From a virus: a DNA stretch of 64,000 bases. The notes beneath the pieces were generated by a model. It was given only the letters and a program-made list of their open reading frames with translations, searched no databases and had not been told where the DNA came from. The stretch spans positions 64,001 through 128,000 of the IMG/VR virus record IMGVR_UViG_3300032397_000003; one strand, given 5' to 3'. Position 1 is the first letter of the stretch; every line of letters begins with the position of its first letter. Below are positions 1 through 9,907 of the stretch, in pieces. The translations under genes were made by a program, and so were the position numbers.

Positions 1-303
1 ACTAATAAAGTTGTATTAGGTGGAGCAGATTTTCTATACAGAGAAAATATAGACTTTACAAGACAGTTTATAAAAAGTTATGGTAATGTATATAAGATAT
101 GTTTATATACGGGGTATACTGCTGATCAGGTAAAAGCTAAAGATATTAAAGGATTTACATTTTTAAAGTGTGGAGCATATACGGAGAAGTTCAAACAAGA
201 ACCAATAAAGACAGATAACTATATTCAACTAGCATCAACCAATCAGGAAATATATGATTCAAGATTTAATTGCCTATCCAGAAATGGAAGGATGCAGTTT
301 TAA
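1..303 (+). CDS. nrdG: Anaerobic ribonucleotide reductase activating protein, 5'-truncated by the window
   Basis: Frame 1 reads ..VVLGGAD..CLYTGY..KCGAY..ASTNQ..* (NrdG C-terminal motifs), directly upstream of nrdD. Confidence 0.8.
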   Translation, partial: TNKVVLGGADFLYRENIDFTRQFIKSYGNVYKICLYTGYTADQVKAKDIKGFTFLKCGAYTEKFKQEPIKTDNYIQLASTNQEIYDSRFNCLSRNGRMQF

Positions 304-330
304 TTAAAATAATAAATGAGGAAGTAATAA

Positions 331-2349
331 ATGTTTGAAAAATCAAGCATCAATCAGGCTGTTAATAGCGTCTACAAAACTCTTCAAAATCAGCTTATAA
401 AAACATATGGGATTGAAGTAGAAGAGAGTGAAATAATTACAGATCAGATTCTTAAAGTACATGGTATGAGTAAAGAAGATTTTTCTGTTATAGATAAAAT
501 AGAAAAGTTGATTTCAAATAAATTAAATGATGAATCAATTGACGATAATAGTAACAAAAATGAAAAAACTATAAAAGGGATAATGAAGGAGTCAATTGCT
601 CCATTTGAAAAGATGACTGGATATAGATTTCTTTATAGAAAGATGGCAGAAATTTATGGAAAGAAAGAGGCTAAGCATCTTACATCTCTTATGTATGACT
701 TTACTCTTGGATTATCCGATTCTACAAATATACTTGTACCGTATTGTTGGGCATTTGATGCTAGTAAACTTGTTACTCTTGGTAAACCCTTTGGACAGTT
801 ACCTTCAAGTCCTACAAAAAGATTTGAATCATATACTTCATTATTAAATGAAGTAATACACCAGATGTCAAACCACGCTGCTGGAGCAATTGCTATAGGA
901 ACTTTCTTTTTAGATATAGCTCATTTACTTTTAATGAAAGAGGGTAAGTGCTTAGAAGATTTGAAAGAACCTAAATATAGAAAAGTTATAATTAACCAGT
1001 ATCAAAAAGTTGTGCATGGTTTTAATTCTCTAAGTAGAAGTGGGGGAACAGAATCCCCCTTTACAAATATATCTTTATTCGATAGAGAGAAATTAAACAA
1101 ACTGGTTGTGGAAGAATACTCTTGGTATTATATGAATGAGGATGGAACATTCCCTATTGACTTAAATGATGTAATAGAATTTATTATGGAACTTCAGATT
1201 ATCTTTATGGAATTTTTTGATAAAGGTGATCCAATGAATGATGGAATGCCTTACAGATTTCCTGTTGCTACCCTCAATATATCAAAGAAGAAAGATAAAG
1301 ATGATAAATGGGTTATAGAAGATAAACATTTTCTTAAACAAGCCTGTAAGAAAGATATTTATAGATATAACATATTTGTAAGTGAGGGGAATAAAATAGC
1401 AAGTTGCTGTAGGCTTCTGAGCTGCCTAGATATGATTGATTTAGCATCACAAGCAAATAGTTTTGGCGCAGGAGGTTCTATTTCACTAGGGAGTCATAGA
1501 GTAATAACAATTAACTTTTCTAGACTTGCTTTAATATCCAAAACACCTGAAGAATTTTTAGAACTTATTAAGTTACATACAAATAATTGTAAAAAAATTC
1601 TAAAGTCTCATAAACAACTTTTACAGGATTCAAAAAAATCACATCAGTTTATTCAAATAGGTTGGATGCAATTAGAAAGAATGTTTTCAACATTAGGAAT
1701 TATGGGTTATATAGAAGCGCAAGATATTATGAAATCTAAATTTAAAGAATTAAAGAATGTTGATTATATGAAAGTATTCTTAGATTATTTTAATAATGAA
1801 GTTAACTCAAATAATGAAAATTTTATGGGGTGCCAATTCAATGTGGAGCAAATTCCAGGAGAGTCAATGTCACACAGATTACCAAGAGTTGACAAACTTA
1901 TCTTTGGAGAAAAGAGTGTTCCTTATGATATCTATGCAAATCAATTTGTATCACTAACTGATCAAAATCATACTTTATGGGAAAAGATGGAAATAGATGG
2001 TAAATATCTTACCGGACTTACCGGGGGTGGAATTTCACATATCAATACAGGTGAACATATTACAGCAAAACAAGCTGAGAGGATTATTAACTATGCAGTA
2101 GAGTGCAATTGTGAGCACTTCGCCATAACAGGAACATTCTGTCAGTGTGAAGATGGACATGTACTTATAGGGAATAGGGAGACTTGTGCCAAATGCGGAA
2201 AACCCATAAAAAGAAAAATTGCTAGGGTTGTTGGATTTTTTGTTCCTGTGGATGATATGAGCACTTATAAAAAAATATATGATCATGACAGAAGAAAAGA
2301 ATTTACAAATGGAGATTTTGATTATGATAATATTCAGAAAGTTCAGTGA
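331..2349 (+). CDS. nrdD: Anaerobic (class III) ribonucleoside-triphosphate reductase
   Basis: SPFTNIS, ASCCRL active-site loop, EQIPGES, C-terminal Zn-site cysteines and RVVGF glycyl-radical motif. Confidence 0.93.
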   Translation: MFEKSSINQAVNSVYKTLQNQLIKTYGIEVEESEIITDQILKVHGMSKEDFSVIDKIEKLISNKLNDESIDDNSNKNEKTIKGIMKESIAPFEKMTGYRFLYRKMAEIYGKKEAKHLTSLMYDFTLGLSDSTNILVPYCWAFDASKLVTLGKPFGQLPSSPTKRFESYTSLLNEVIHQMSNHAAGAIAIGTFFLDIAHLLLMKEGKCLEDLKEPKYRKVIINQYQKVVHGFNSLSRSGGTESPFTNISLFDREKLNKLVVEEYSWYYMNEDGTFPIDLNDVIEFIMELQIIFMEFFDKGDPMNDGMPYRFPVATLNISKKKDKDDKWVIEDKHFLKQACKKDIYRYNIFVSEGNKIASCCRLLSCLDMIDLASQANSFGAGGSISLGSHRVITINFSRLALISKTPEEFLELIKLHTNNCKKILKSHKQLLQDSKKSHQFIQIGWMQLERMFSTLGIMGYIEAQDIMKSKFKELKNVDYMKVFLDYFNNEVNSNNENFMGCQFNVEQIPGESMSHRLPRVDKLIFGEKSVPYDIYANQFVSLTDQNHTLWEKMEIDGKYLTGLTGGGISHINTGEHITAKQAERIINYAVECNCEHFAITGTFCQCEDGHVLIGNRETCAKCGKPIKRKIARVVGFFVPVDDMSTYKKIYDHDRRKEFTNGDFDYDNIQKVQ

Positions 2350-2397
2350 TATTAAATTCTCAGATATACTAATAATTATACAGGAATTGATAAGTAG

Positions 2398-2586
2398 ATG
2401 CAAAAAGAATTAAAAGGTAAAATAGTAAAAGTTTATATTGATCCAGAAACAAAAAGAGAGTATGAAGGGGATGGTAGAATAGAAAGGGTTATAAAACAAT
2501 TCACAGATGATTTATTTTATTGTGATATTAGTTTTCCCGATGATTATTTTTCTACCACTATTGATGTAAATGATGTACTTTACTAA
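2398..2586 (+). CDS. Hypothetical protein
   Basis: 62-aa ORF downstream of TACTAATA at 2367. Confidence 0.55.
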   Translation: MQKELKGKIVKVYIDPETKREYEGDGRIERVIKQFTDDLFYCDISFPDDYFSTTIDVNDVLY

Positions 2587-2607
2587 AATAAAAAAGGAGT
2601 TAAGAAA

Positions 2608-3210
2608 ATGGACAATAGTTTGTTACATAATTTTATAGAAAATTATATGGCTGATCATAATCTTCCAATGGATGAAATTACTTTAGTTGGAATTAGAGAT
2701 TCAAAAGATCAGGATAAAGATGCTATCAATGATCAACTTGGATTTATTACTAAAACAGAATTGTTTCTTTGTAAAGGTACAACAGAACCCGGAGTATATT
2801 GGGTAAAGGATAAAGTAGAAAGAAATAAACAAGGTACTTTTCATTTGAACGAAGGATTTCATGAAGCTATTTGGAGTATAGGAATTCATAAAGGATATGA
2901 AGCACTTACAAATCAATATCCTCAATGTAAACCAACTAAAGGTTGGAGAGATGTCAATTATGATTTTACTAAAGATGCTAAAGATGTTCAAGTGTGTGAT
3001 TATTTTGGAATAAATTTTCATAGAATGCATCCTATATCAATAGTAGATAAGGTAGGGAAATACTCCGCTGGATGCCAAGTAGTACAGGATGCTAAAAATT
3101 TAAAATATATTTTAGATACAATAAAAAATACTCAGATGTATAAAGGAACATCTAAGAAAACTGTATTTAATTATTTATTGTTCACTATTGATCAATTACC
3201 AAAAATTTAG
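2608..3210 (+). CDS. Putative endolysin, L,D-transpeptidase (YkuD)-like fold
   Basis: LVGIR, TTEPG, GINFHR...YSAGCQV (H...SxGC catalytic motif); AAGGAG RBS; hairpin follows. Confidence 0.65.
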   Translation: MDNSLLHNFIENYMADHNLPMDEITLVGIRDSKDQDKDAINDQLGFITKTELFLCKGTTEPGVYWVKDKVERNKQGTFHLNEGFHEAIWSIGIHKGYEALTNQYPQCKPTKGWRDVNYDFTKDAKDVQVCDYFGINFHRMHPISIVDKVGKYSAGCQVVQDAKNLKYILDTIKNTQMYKGTSKKTVFNYLLFTIDQLPKI

Positions 3211-3216
3211 TTCACA

Positions 3217-3262
3217 TGTGGATATGGATACAAATATTATTCCCCCTCTGTATTCTATCCAC
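3217..3262 (+). terminator. Imperfect hairpin after the lysin-like gene
   Basis: tgtggatatggataca ... tgtattctatccaca inverted repeat. Confidence 0.45.
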
Positions 3263-3303
3263 AATAATTTATATAATTTTTTCTCAATTTGATATAAATA
3301 ATT

Positions 3304-3334
3304 TTTAATTATTGACATTTTTTCTATATATTAT
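3304..3334 (+). promoter_or_regulatory. Class-I phage promoter motif TTTAATT-N11-TTCTATATATTAT (first of about 14 copies)
   Basis: Intergenic copies start near 3304, 4438, 9353, 13681, 16554, 17431, 21319 (N10), 24219, 25643, 30290, 31053, 32680, 51662, 52536; partial copy near 54020. Confidence 0.85.
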
Positions 3335-3368
3335 ACTTGTAAGATAAATTTAAATAAGGATATCAAAT

Positions 3369-3725
3369 ATGAATATATCAGTAACTGGTTCACGTTCTAT
3401 CGAAAATTATAACTGGTTTAAATTAGAATTAGAATCTATCATAAAAGAATATAATGAAATTACTTTTATATCTGGGGGAGCGAGAGGTATTGATTCTTTT
3501 ATTAAAAAATATTGCATAGATAATAATTTTAAAATAAATGAAATTCTACCTGATTGGGATAAATTTGGTAAATCCGCTGGGATTATTAGAAACAAAAAAA
3601 TTATAGAAGATTCTGATTTTAATATAATTTTTTGGGATGGAAAAAGTAAAGGCTCAAAGTTTAATATTGATTATTGTATTAAAAATAATAAGAAACACAA
3701 GGTAATTATATATGAAAAGATATAA
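3369..3725 (+). CDS. SLOG-superfamily (YspA/DUF2493-like) protein
   Basis: VTGSR, ISGGARGID, PDWDKFGKSAGIIRN, FWDGKSKGS. Confidence 0.85.
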   Translation: MNISVTGSRSIENYNWFKLELESIIKEYNEITFISGGARGIDSFIKKYCIDNNFKINEILPDWDKFGKSAGIIRNKKIIEDSDFNIIFWDGKSKGSKFNIDYCIKNNKKHKVIIYEKI

Positions 3726-4431
3726 AAGAAATTTAGATGAAGGTTTATCTATAATAGATGATAAACTAGTTTTTGATTATTCTAATGATTCTGGACTTAG
3801 AGTAGCTTTAGGAACTAAACAGTTTAAATTTAAACCCTATAAAACTAAAGTGGATGATTATTCTATAATATCTTTATATCAAGTAACATCAGAGGATAAA
3901 GTTATTTTAAGAACATTAAAAAATGAAACATCTATTCAAGTAGATAAAAAAGACTTAGATTATTTTGCAAATCGTAGTGCTTTATATGCTTTTCAACAAA
4001 TCCCAGAAGAAATTGATATAATATTATTTAGTGAAAACAGTTACTATTTATTTGATAGTTTTATTAAAAAGTTAGAATCTAGGTTCTCTTCAAAAGTTAT
4101 TGCTATATCTCAAAGTATTTATAAAACAACTACAGATAATTTAAAAATTAAAGACGATGCGCCCATTAAGTATTTAAAGGATTTACAAATACTTTTAACT
4201 TCATTAAAAAAGAAAGATACTATTAAATTGAGAAATGATATTCCTTTAAAATTTAGAAAGTATTTTACAGGATTTATTTCTATAAGAAATGGTGTTCAAT
4301 TTGAAAATAAAAATATTCTAATTGTAGATGATATATTAACTACTGGAAGTACGTTTTTAGAATTATTTGAAGTTTTAAAAATAAGAGGTGCATCTAATAT
4401 TTATGGATTAACTTTATTTAAATTTAGGTAA
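3712..4431 (+). CDS. Type I phosphoribosyltransferase-like protein
   Basis: PRPP-binding loop ILIVDDILTTGST; N-terminal MKRYKR..E tag. Confidence 0.75.
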   Translation: MKRYKRNLDEGLSIIDDKLVFDYSNDSGLRVALGTKQFKFKPYKTKVDDYSIISLYQVTSEDKVILRTLKNETSIQVDKKDLDYFANRSALYAFQQIPEEIDIILFSENSYYLFDSFIKKLESRFSSKVIAISQSIYKTTTDNLKIKDDAPIKYLKDLQILLTSLKKKDTIKLRNDIPLKFRKYFTGFISIRNGVQFENKNILIVDDILTTGSTFLELFEVLKIRGASNIYGLTLFKFR

Positions 4432-4504
4432 AAAATATTTAATTTTATCGAAAATTTCTATATATTATAGGTATAGAAAAGAAAAATAACTAAGGAGAAA
4501 TAAT

Positions 4505-4942
4505 ATGTCAGTAGAATTAAAAGTTTTATCAGAAAAGGAAATTGGTCTTGAACTTGTAAGATTAAACTCTATTATAAAAGAGTTGGAAGATACCTATACT
4601 ACTTATATAGGAGAATTAAAATCAAGGGGATTGAAGGAAGCATTATACTTTCCTGATTTTGAAATGAAAGTATCTCCTACAGATGGTAAAGCATCTTCTG
4701 ATTATGATGTTGTAGAGATTCATAATGAGATGGCGAAAGAAGGAATGAATATTCTAATGCAGTTTCCAAAGATTGTAAAGATCAATAAGAAACAGGCAGA
4801 AGAACTTGAACCAGTAGAAGTAAGAAATACTGTTCTTTCAATACTTTTAAAAAATGTAAAAGTAACTCCTGGTACCCCAAGTATTAGTGTTTCTAAAATG
4901 AATCTTAAAGAACAAAAAGAACACCCGAAAGAGGTAATTTAA
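4505..4942 (+). CDS. Hypothetical protein
   Basis: 145-aa ORF with AAGGAG RBS after a class-I promoter. Confidence 0.7.
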   Translation: MSVELKVLSEKEIGLELVRLNSIIKELEDTYTTYIGELKSRGLKEALYFPDFEMKVSPTDGKASSDYDVVEIHNEMAKEGMNILMQFPKIVKINKKQAEELEPVEVRNTVLSILLKNVKVTPGTPSISVSKMNLKEQKEHPKEVI

Positions 4943-5295
4943 TGCAAAGGAAAAAGAAAGGATTTAGTATTGAATTGTATACGAAACATGATACTGAAGA
5001 GTATGTAATTTATTTTGAAGAAAAATGTTATCCGAGGAGTAAAAAGGAAATTGTATTTTGTTACATTCAAGATTCTTTTTTAGATGATTTTACTTTTAAA
5101 GGTAAAGCTGTATGTCATAAGGATGATACCTACAGTTTGTCTACTGGAAGAGATATTGCTTTTCATAGAGCTTTAGAAAAAAGAGATGAGTATTATAGAA
5201 AAATGCAACTTCGTATTTCTAAAGTTATAAATGATGCTATGAAACATAATGTAAGTATTGAGAAGACATTTAACGCTTTCAATAGAAAAAACTAA
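4942..5295 (+). CDS. Conserved-type phage hypothetical protein
   Basis: GKAVCHKDDTYSLSTGRDIAFHRA pattern, common in phage proteins. Confidence 0.65.
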   Translation: MQRKKKGFSIELYTKHDTEEYVIYFEEKCYPRSKKEIVFCYIQDSFLDDFTFKGKAVCHKDDTYSLSTGRDIAFHRALEKRDEYYRKMQLRISKVINDAMKHNVSIEKTFNAFNRKN

Positions 5296-5301
5296 TAAAC
5301 A

Positions 5302-5379
5302 GGGAGGGTGCTGGAAGGTGGTTAGACAGCGTCCGATACAAAGGATGGAGTATTATTGGTTCGAATCCAATCCCTCCCA
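5302..5379 (+). tRNA. tRNA-like gene with irregular anticodon arm (identity undetermined)
   Basis: Acceptor GGGAGGG/CCCTCCC; T arm ATTGG-TTCGAAT-CCAAT; D arm CTG/CAG; anticodon arm CGTCC-GATACAAA-GGATG with 8-nt loop. Confidence 0.7.
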
Positions 5380-5402
5380 AATCAAAATAATAAAGAGGTA
5401 AT

Positions 5403-5615
5403 ATGGCTATTACAAACAAAGCAGGTGAAAAAGTATCAGCACAAAGTTACGCCAAAGAAATTCTTAAGGAGTATTTAGATAATTTCAAACTTGAATCAAC
5501 AGAAAAATTTTCAGAACTCAAAAGAACAGAACCAATGAAAGTGCAAGCATTTGTAGATAAGCTTAAAATAAGAATTGATAAGATTCTTATGGAAAAAGTT
5601 AAGGAGAATAAATAA
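5403..5615 (+). CDS. Hypothetical protein
   Basis: 70-aa ORF with GAGGT RBS between the two tRNAs. Confidence 0.65.
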   Translation: MAITNKAGEKVSAQSYAKEILKEYLDNFKLESTEKFSELKRTEPMKVQAFVDKLKIRIDKILMEKVKENK

Positions 5616-5620
5616 TAGAT

Positions 5621-5696
5621 CGCGGGACAAACAGTATTAGTGCTGTAACGGTTTCATAAGTCGTAATTGGTGAAGGTGCAGTTCCTTCTCCCGCTA
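5621..5696 (+). tRNA. tRNA-Met(CAT), initiator-like, atypical
   Basis: CGCGGGA/TCCCGCT with 1:72 mismatch; anticodon arm ACGGT-TTCATAA-GTCGT; T arm GAAGG-TGCAGTT-CCTTC. Confidence 0.75.
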
Positions 5697-5718
5697 ATTT
5701 TAAAAATAGGAGAATTAA

Positions 5719-6150
5719 ATGCTTGAGATAAAAATTAAATATCATGTAGAAGATTTAGTTAAGCTAGAAAAGATAGACAAAGGAGATTGGATAGATTTAA
5801 GAGCTTCAAGGGATTATAATTTATTTAAAGGTAATTTTGAACTAATTGATCTTGGGGTATCCATTAAAATACCCAAAGGATATGAAGCTCATCTTGTACC
5901 AAGAAGTTCTACTTTAAAAAACTTTGGAGTAATTCAGTCGAATAGTATGGGTATAATTGATGAAAGCTATTCAGGTGAGAATGATCGCTGGATGATGCCA
6001 GTAGAAGTAAAAAGAGATACTATAATTAAAAAAAATGATAGGGTATGTCAGTTTAGAATTATAGAAAAGATGCCTGAAGTTACTTTTGTTGAAGTAGATA
6101 ACATGGAAGATGAATCAAGAGGTGGTTTTGGATCAACAGGTACTAACTAA
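5719..6150 (+). CDS. dut: dUTPase (trimeric)
   Basis: [29 protein letters not shown]. Confidence 0.93.
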   Translation: MLEIKIKYHVEDLVKLEKIDKGDWIDLRASRDYNLFKGNFELIDLGVSIKIPKGYEAHLVPRSSTLKNFGVIQSNSMGIIDESYSGENDRWMMPVEVKRDTIIKKNDRVCQFRIIEKMPEVTFVEVDNMEDESRGGFGSTGTN

Positions 6151-6303
6151 ATGGAGAATGGAATGGAACTATCAGATAAAGAAGCTAATAAGATTTATTG
6201 GGAAGATAAACATGAAAAGTGTAAACAATGTACAAATAAATGTAAACAAAGTTCAAAAGTAATTCAAATAATATGTCCAAGATTTGAAAAGAAAGGAGAA
6301 TAA
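6151..6303 (+). CDS. Small Cys-rich hypothetical protein
   Basis: Read by eye: MENGMELSD..KCKQCTNKCKQ..ICPRF..*; fills the gap between genes. Confidence 0.5.
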   Translation: MENGMELSDKEANKIYWEDKHEKCKQCTNKCKQSSKVIQIICPRFEKKGE

Positions 6304-6306
6304 TAA

Positions 6307-6723
6307 TTGCAAGAATATAAAATTATAAAACAAGTTCTACTTGATTATGTAGATGAAGAAACAATATTTTATGAAGAAGAGGAAAATTGTTTTTATTTTC
6401 TTTTTGGGGTATTAGGAGAATATGATGAAGTATGGTCGATATCTTTTGACTTGACTTTACTACCAACTTCAAGGGAAATGTTAATAGCATGTAATCTTAT
6501 TATAGATTTAATGAACCGTCAAATTATGTGCCAGATGGATAGTCCCTTCTATTCTATATTTACCTCAGATGGTGTATGTAAAGATTTACTATGGGATTCT
6601 GATATATACAAAGAAATGCAAGAATCTAAAGAGAATTATGAAGTAGTAAAAGAAAGACTAACTAAAAAAATATTAGATGTTATATCAGAAGAGGTTAAAC
6701 CTGATATATCAAATGCTCATTAA
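6307..6723 (+). CDS. Hypothetical acidic protein
   Basis: TTG start with AAGGAG RBS. Confidence 0.6.
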   Translation: MQEYKIIKQVLLDYVDEETIFYEEEENCFYFLFGVLGEYDEVWSISFDLTLLPTSREMLIACNLIIDLMNRQIMCQMDSPFYSIFTSDGVCKDLLWDSDIYKEMQESKENYEVVKERLTKKILDVISEEVKPDISNAH

Positions 6724-6734
6724 GGATAAGAATT

Positions 6735-7016
6735 ATGGAAGAAAATACTCAAGCAAAAATAGATAGACTTATGTTTAACTTTGGAGAATTTCTAAAGGAG
6801 AAAAATAGAAGATATGGAGATGCTGCAATTTCCCCTATTCAAATATTTTCTAAGACAGAAGCGGATAATCAAATATGTTCTCGTATAGATGATAAGCTAA
6901 ATAGAATTAAAAATGCTTCTGAAATAAAGAAAAACGATTTGAGCGATCTTTTTGGATACTGCGCCCTTTTACTTATTCAAAAAGATTGGATAACATTTGA
7001 GGAGTTTTTAGATTGA
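6735..7016 (+). CDS. Nucleotide-modification-associated domain (Nmad1/DUF1599-like) protein
   Basis: LKEKNRRYGD...RIDDKLNRI...DLFGY pattern. Confidence 0.7.
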   Translation: MEENTQAKIDRLMFNFGEFLKEKNRRYGDAAISPIQIFSKTEADNQICSRIDDKLNRIKNASEIKKNDLSDLFGYCALLLIQKDWITFEEFLD

Positions 7017-7687
7017 TTAAAATAATAAATATCACAAATAACCCTCTTTCTCTAATGGGAGAGGTTGCTTCAACTTGTTGGGGTAGTAAAGGATCAAAAC
7101 AAATCGGAATAGATTGTATAACAAGTGGACATCATAGAGTAATGGAATATCCAGATATGACTATTGAGATATCTGGATACAGTGCTAGAATGATTCGTGA
7201 GCTGTATACTCATATAGTTGGGACTACGAGGTTACAAGAATCAACAAGATATATTGATTGTGAAAATTTTGGATATTATCTACCAGATTCAATATTAAAC
7301 TATAAAGATAATGGTACTGCAAATAATCCTTTAACCATATATAATGGACTTATGAAAGTTATAAGAGAAAGCTACAAAGAACTTATTGATTATGGAATTC
7401 CAAAACAGGATGTAGCAAATATTCTTCCTCTTGGTATGCATAGCAAAATCGTACTCAAAATCAATTTAAGAGCGTTACTTCATATGGCTGAACTGAGACT
7501 ATGTAAAAGAGCATTACCAGAATTTCAAGATTTTATGAATGAACTTTTTCATATATTAAAGCGTGTAGATTCTGAATGGGATTATATAATGTTCAATTAT
7601 TATAAACCTAAGTGTGAAGTGATTGGTTATTGCATAGAAAAAAATAGTTGTGGAATTATACCAATGAAAGAGGATATAATAAGTTGA
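7013..7687 (+). CDS. thyX: Flavin-dependent thymidylate synthase
   Basis: GHHRVMEY, ELYTH..QESTRY, ANILPLG, NLRALLHMAELRLC. Confidence 0.88.
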   Translation: MIKIINITNNPLSLMGEVASTCWGSKGSKQIGIDCITSGHHRVMEYPDMTIEISGYSARMIRELYTHIVGTTRLQESTRYIDCENFGYYLPDSILNYKDNGTANNPLTIYNGLMKVIRESYKELIDYGIPKQDVANILPLGMHSKIVLKINLRALLHMAELRLCKRALPEFQDFMNELFHILKRVDSEWDYIMFNYYKPKCEVIGYCIEKNSCGIIPMKEDIIS

Positions 7688-9357
7688 TAATAAATGACAA
7701 TATATTTACAGTTTTACCAACGATAGAGGAGTGTTCACAGAATCTAATATTTTCTGACCCGCCTTATAATCTTTCATCTAAATGGAAATTACAAAATGAT
7801 AGAGTAGTCCTTGATGGTAAAGGTCGAGACTTTATGAATAAATGGGATGGGCTTTCTGATATAGATTTAGAAACTATGTTTGAAGAATTTTATAGAATTC
7901 TTAAACATGGTGGATTTTGTTGTATGTGGTCACTTTCAAGACAGCACTTGCCCTTCTTATATTATAGTAATAAAGCAGGATTTGAAAACTTACAATCTAT
8001 TTCATCTTATTTTATTTCATCTTTTCCTAAAGCTATGGATTTAAGTAAAATGTTAGATAAACATTATGGAGAAGAAAGAGAAGTTATAGGTAAAAGATTT
8101 AATGGTAAAGGTTCTGATAGTAACAGTGGTATTTATGCTATGAATAATGGTGATAGCCAACTAACAAAAGATATAGATATAGCATCTAGTCATCTAGCTA
8201 AAAAATATGATGGTTATAAATCTTCAATTTGTCCCTTGAAGGAAGTTTCGGAAACTCTTCTTGTATTTAGGAAACCTTTTAAGTATAAGTCAATCATTAC
8301 TGATATTGTAGCGAAAGAAGAAAATAATGAAACTGATATACATGGAGTTGGAATAAATATAGATGGGAATAGAGTGGGGTTTACGAGTAATGATGATTCA
8401 AGGGTAGACAAAAATTATAACCATAAAGCAAAAGCGGGATTAGAATTTGAAAAAGATAATTATAAAGGAGAAGAACAAACTTTATATTCTCAAAATGGAA
8501 GATACCCTTCAAATTTATATCTTATAGATGGATTTAATTATGCACCAGAACAGATAAAAGAAATACTTACAAATAAACAATTTAACATATTAGAAAATAT
8601 AGGGATAGATATAGAACCTCTTCAATATATGTTAGAAGAAAAACAGATAGAATATGTATGTAACTATCTCGATAAGTTTGAAATAAGTAAAGTGCTAGAT
8701 GAACAAAGTGGTATTTTACGAAGTGGTTCTATGGAGGATACTAGTGGATATAGTTCATTTTATTTTAGAGAAGTTGAAAATAGAGATAGGACTACTATAC
8801 ATGCTAATCATTATGAAGGGTGTTCACGAATTTTACATAAGTGTAAATACGAATTGAATGAATTTAATATTTTTAACTATACTACTAAGGTTTCAAGTTT
8901 TGAGAGAAATGCAGGGTGTGACAAGTTAGATGATTTAAAAATAGAACAATCCAATGCTAATGTTATAGGATTAAAAAATAATATTAATACTTCTTCTGGA
9001 AAAGAAAGATTAGTTAAAGAGTTTGTAAAAAATAATCATCCGACACTAAAAAACATGAATTTACAGTACAAGCTTATGAATTTATTTCTATGTCCCAAAG
9101 AAGATATAAAAGATTTTAAAATACTTATCCCTTTTTGTGGTGTTCAATCTGAATATATTCCGGCTATAGCTTTAGGAATACTAGAAGAAAATATAACAGG
9201 TATAGAAATATCAAAAAAGTATTGTGAAATAGGCGATGCAAGAAAAGAATATTGGATTAAACATAATTTTTATTTTAAAGAAGATAAAAAAGAAAAAGAA
9301 GAACTAAAGAATGAAGCTATAAAGAAAGATTCTGGTTTAAATAAAAAATTATTTTAA
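7648..9357 (+). CDS. DNA N4/N6 methyltransferase (beta class) with large insert; true start probably TTG 7684
   Basis: SDPPY, FPKAMDLSK, GRYPSN, NHPTLK; degenerate SAM motif IPFCGVQS. Confidence 0.8.
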   Translation: MWNYTNERGYNKLIINDNIFTVLPTIEECSQNLIFSDPPYNLSSKWKLQNDRVVLDGKGRDFMNKWDGLSDIDLETMFEEFYRILKHGGFCCMWSLSRQHLPFLYYSNKAGFENLQSISSYFISSFPKAMDLSKMLDKHYGEEREVIGKRFNGKGSDSNSGIYAMNNGDSQLTKDIDIASSHLAKKYDGYKSSICPLKEVSETLLVFRKPFKYKSIITDIVAKEENNETDIHGVGINIDGNRVGFTSNDDSRVDKNYNHKAKAGLEFEKDNYKGEEQTLYSQNGRYPSNLYLIDGFNYAPEQIKEILTNKQFNILENIGIDIEPLQYMLEEKQIEYVCNYLDKFEISKVLDEQSGILRSGSMEDTSGYSSFYFREVENRDRTTIHANHYEGCSRILHKCKYELNEFNIFNYTTKVSSFERNAGCDKLDDLKIEQSNANVIGLKNNINTSSGKERLVKEFVKNNHPTLKNMNLQYKLMNLFLCPKEDIKDFKILIPFCGVQSEYIPAIALGILEENITGIEISKKYCEIGDARKEYWIKHNFYFKEDKKEKEELKNEAIKKDSGLNKKLF

Positions 9358-9404
9358 TTTTGGTTAAATTTTCTATATATTATAAATAATAAAACTAAGG
9401 AGAA

Positions 9405-9692
9405 ATGAATTTGAATACACAAGAATACACCGGAACAGATATTATTGATAGTCTTCGTTTTTACTATATGCTAAGTACCTATCTCATCTCAAGAGAGAAT
9501 ACTGAATATGAATCATCTCAGAGTCTTAATTCATTTATTCGAGAATGTTTATCTAAAATTGATAATAAAACATTTAGTCATTATACTGAAGTAGCTTATA
9601 CTACCCTTCCAGCTGAGTTCTTATCTTTTATGGAAATATCCTCAAAAGGTGATAGAGACCAAGTAATGTTCAAGGAAGTTAAAGTTATATGA
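9405..9692 (+). CDS. Hypothetical protein
   Basis: AAGGAG RBS after a class-I promoter. Confidence 0.6.
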   Translation: MNLNTQEYTGTDIIDSLRFYYMLSTYLISRENTEYESSQSLNSFIRECLSKIDNKTFSHYTEVAYTTLPAEFLSFMEISSKGDRDQVMFKEVKVI

Positions 9693-9898
9693 TTTTAAAG
9701 GAGCAAGAAAAATTTGTTAGAAAATTTAATAAGTTATTAAAGAGTAGTGAAAAAAATATTATATCTATAAGTATAGATAAAGATCAATATACTATTAAAT
9801 TTATAAATGGACAAATTTTTAAATTTAAGTTTTATTTGCCTATAGACATGATACCTTTTATACCCATACATAAAACTTACAAAAAATTATTATTTTAG
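9689..9898 (+). CDS. Hypothetical protein
   Basis: ATGA-coupled to the upstream ORF. Confidence 0.5.
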   Translation: MILKEQEKFVRKFNKLLKSSEKNIISISIDKDQYTIKFINGQIFKFKFYLPIDMIPFIPIHKTYKKLLF

Positions 9899-9907
9899 GA
9901 TTATACA

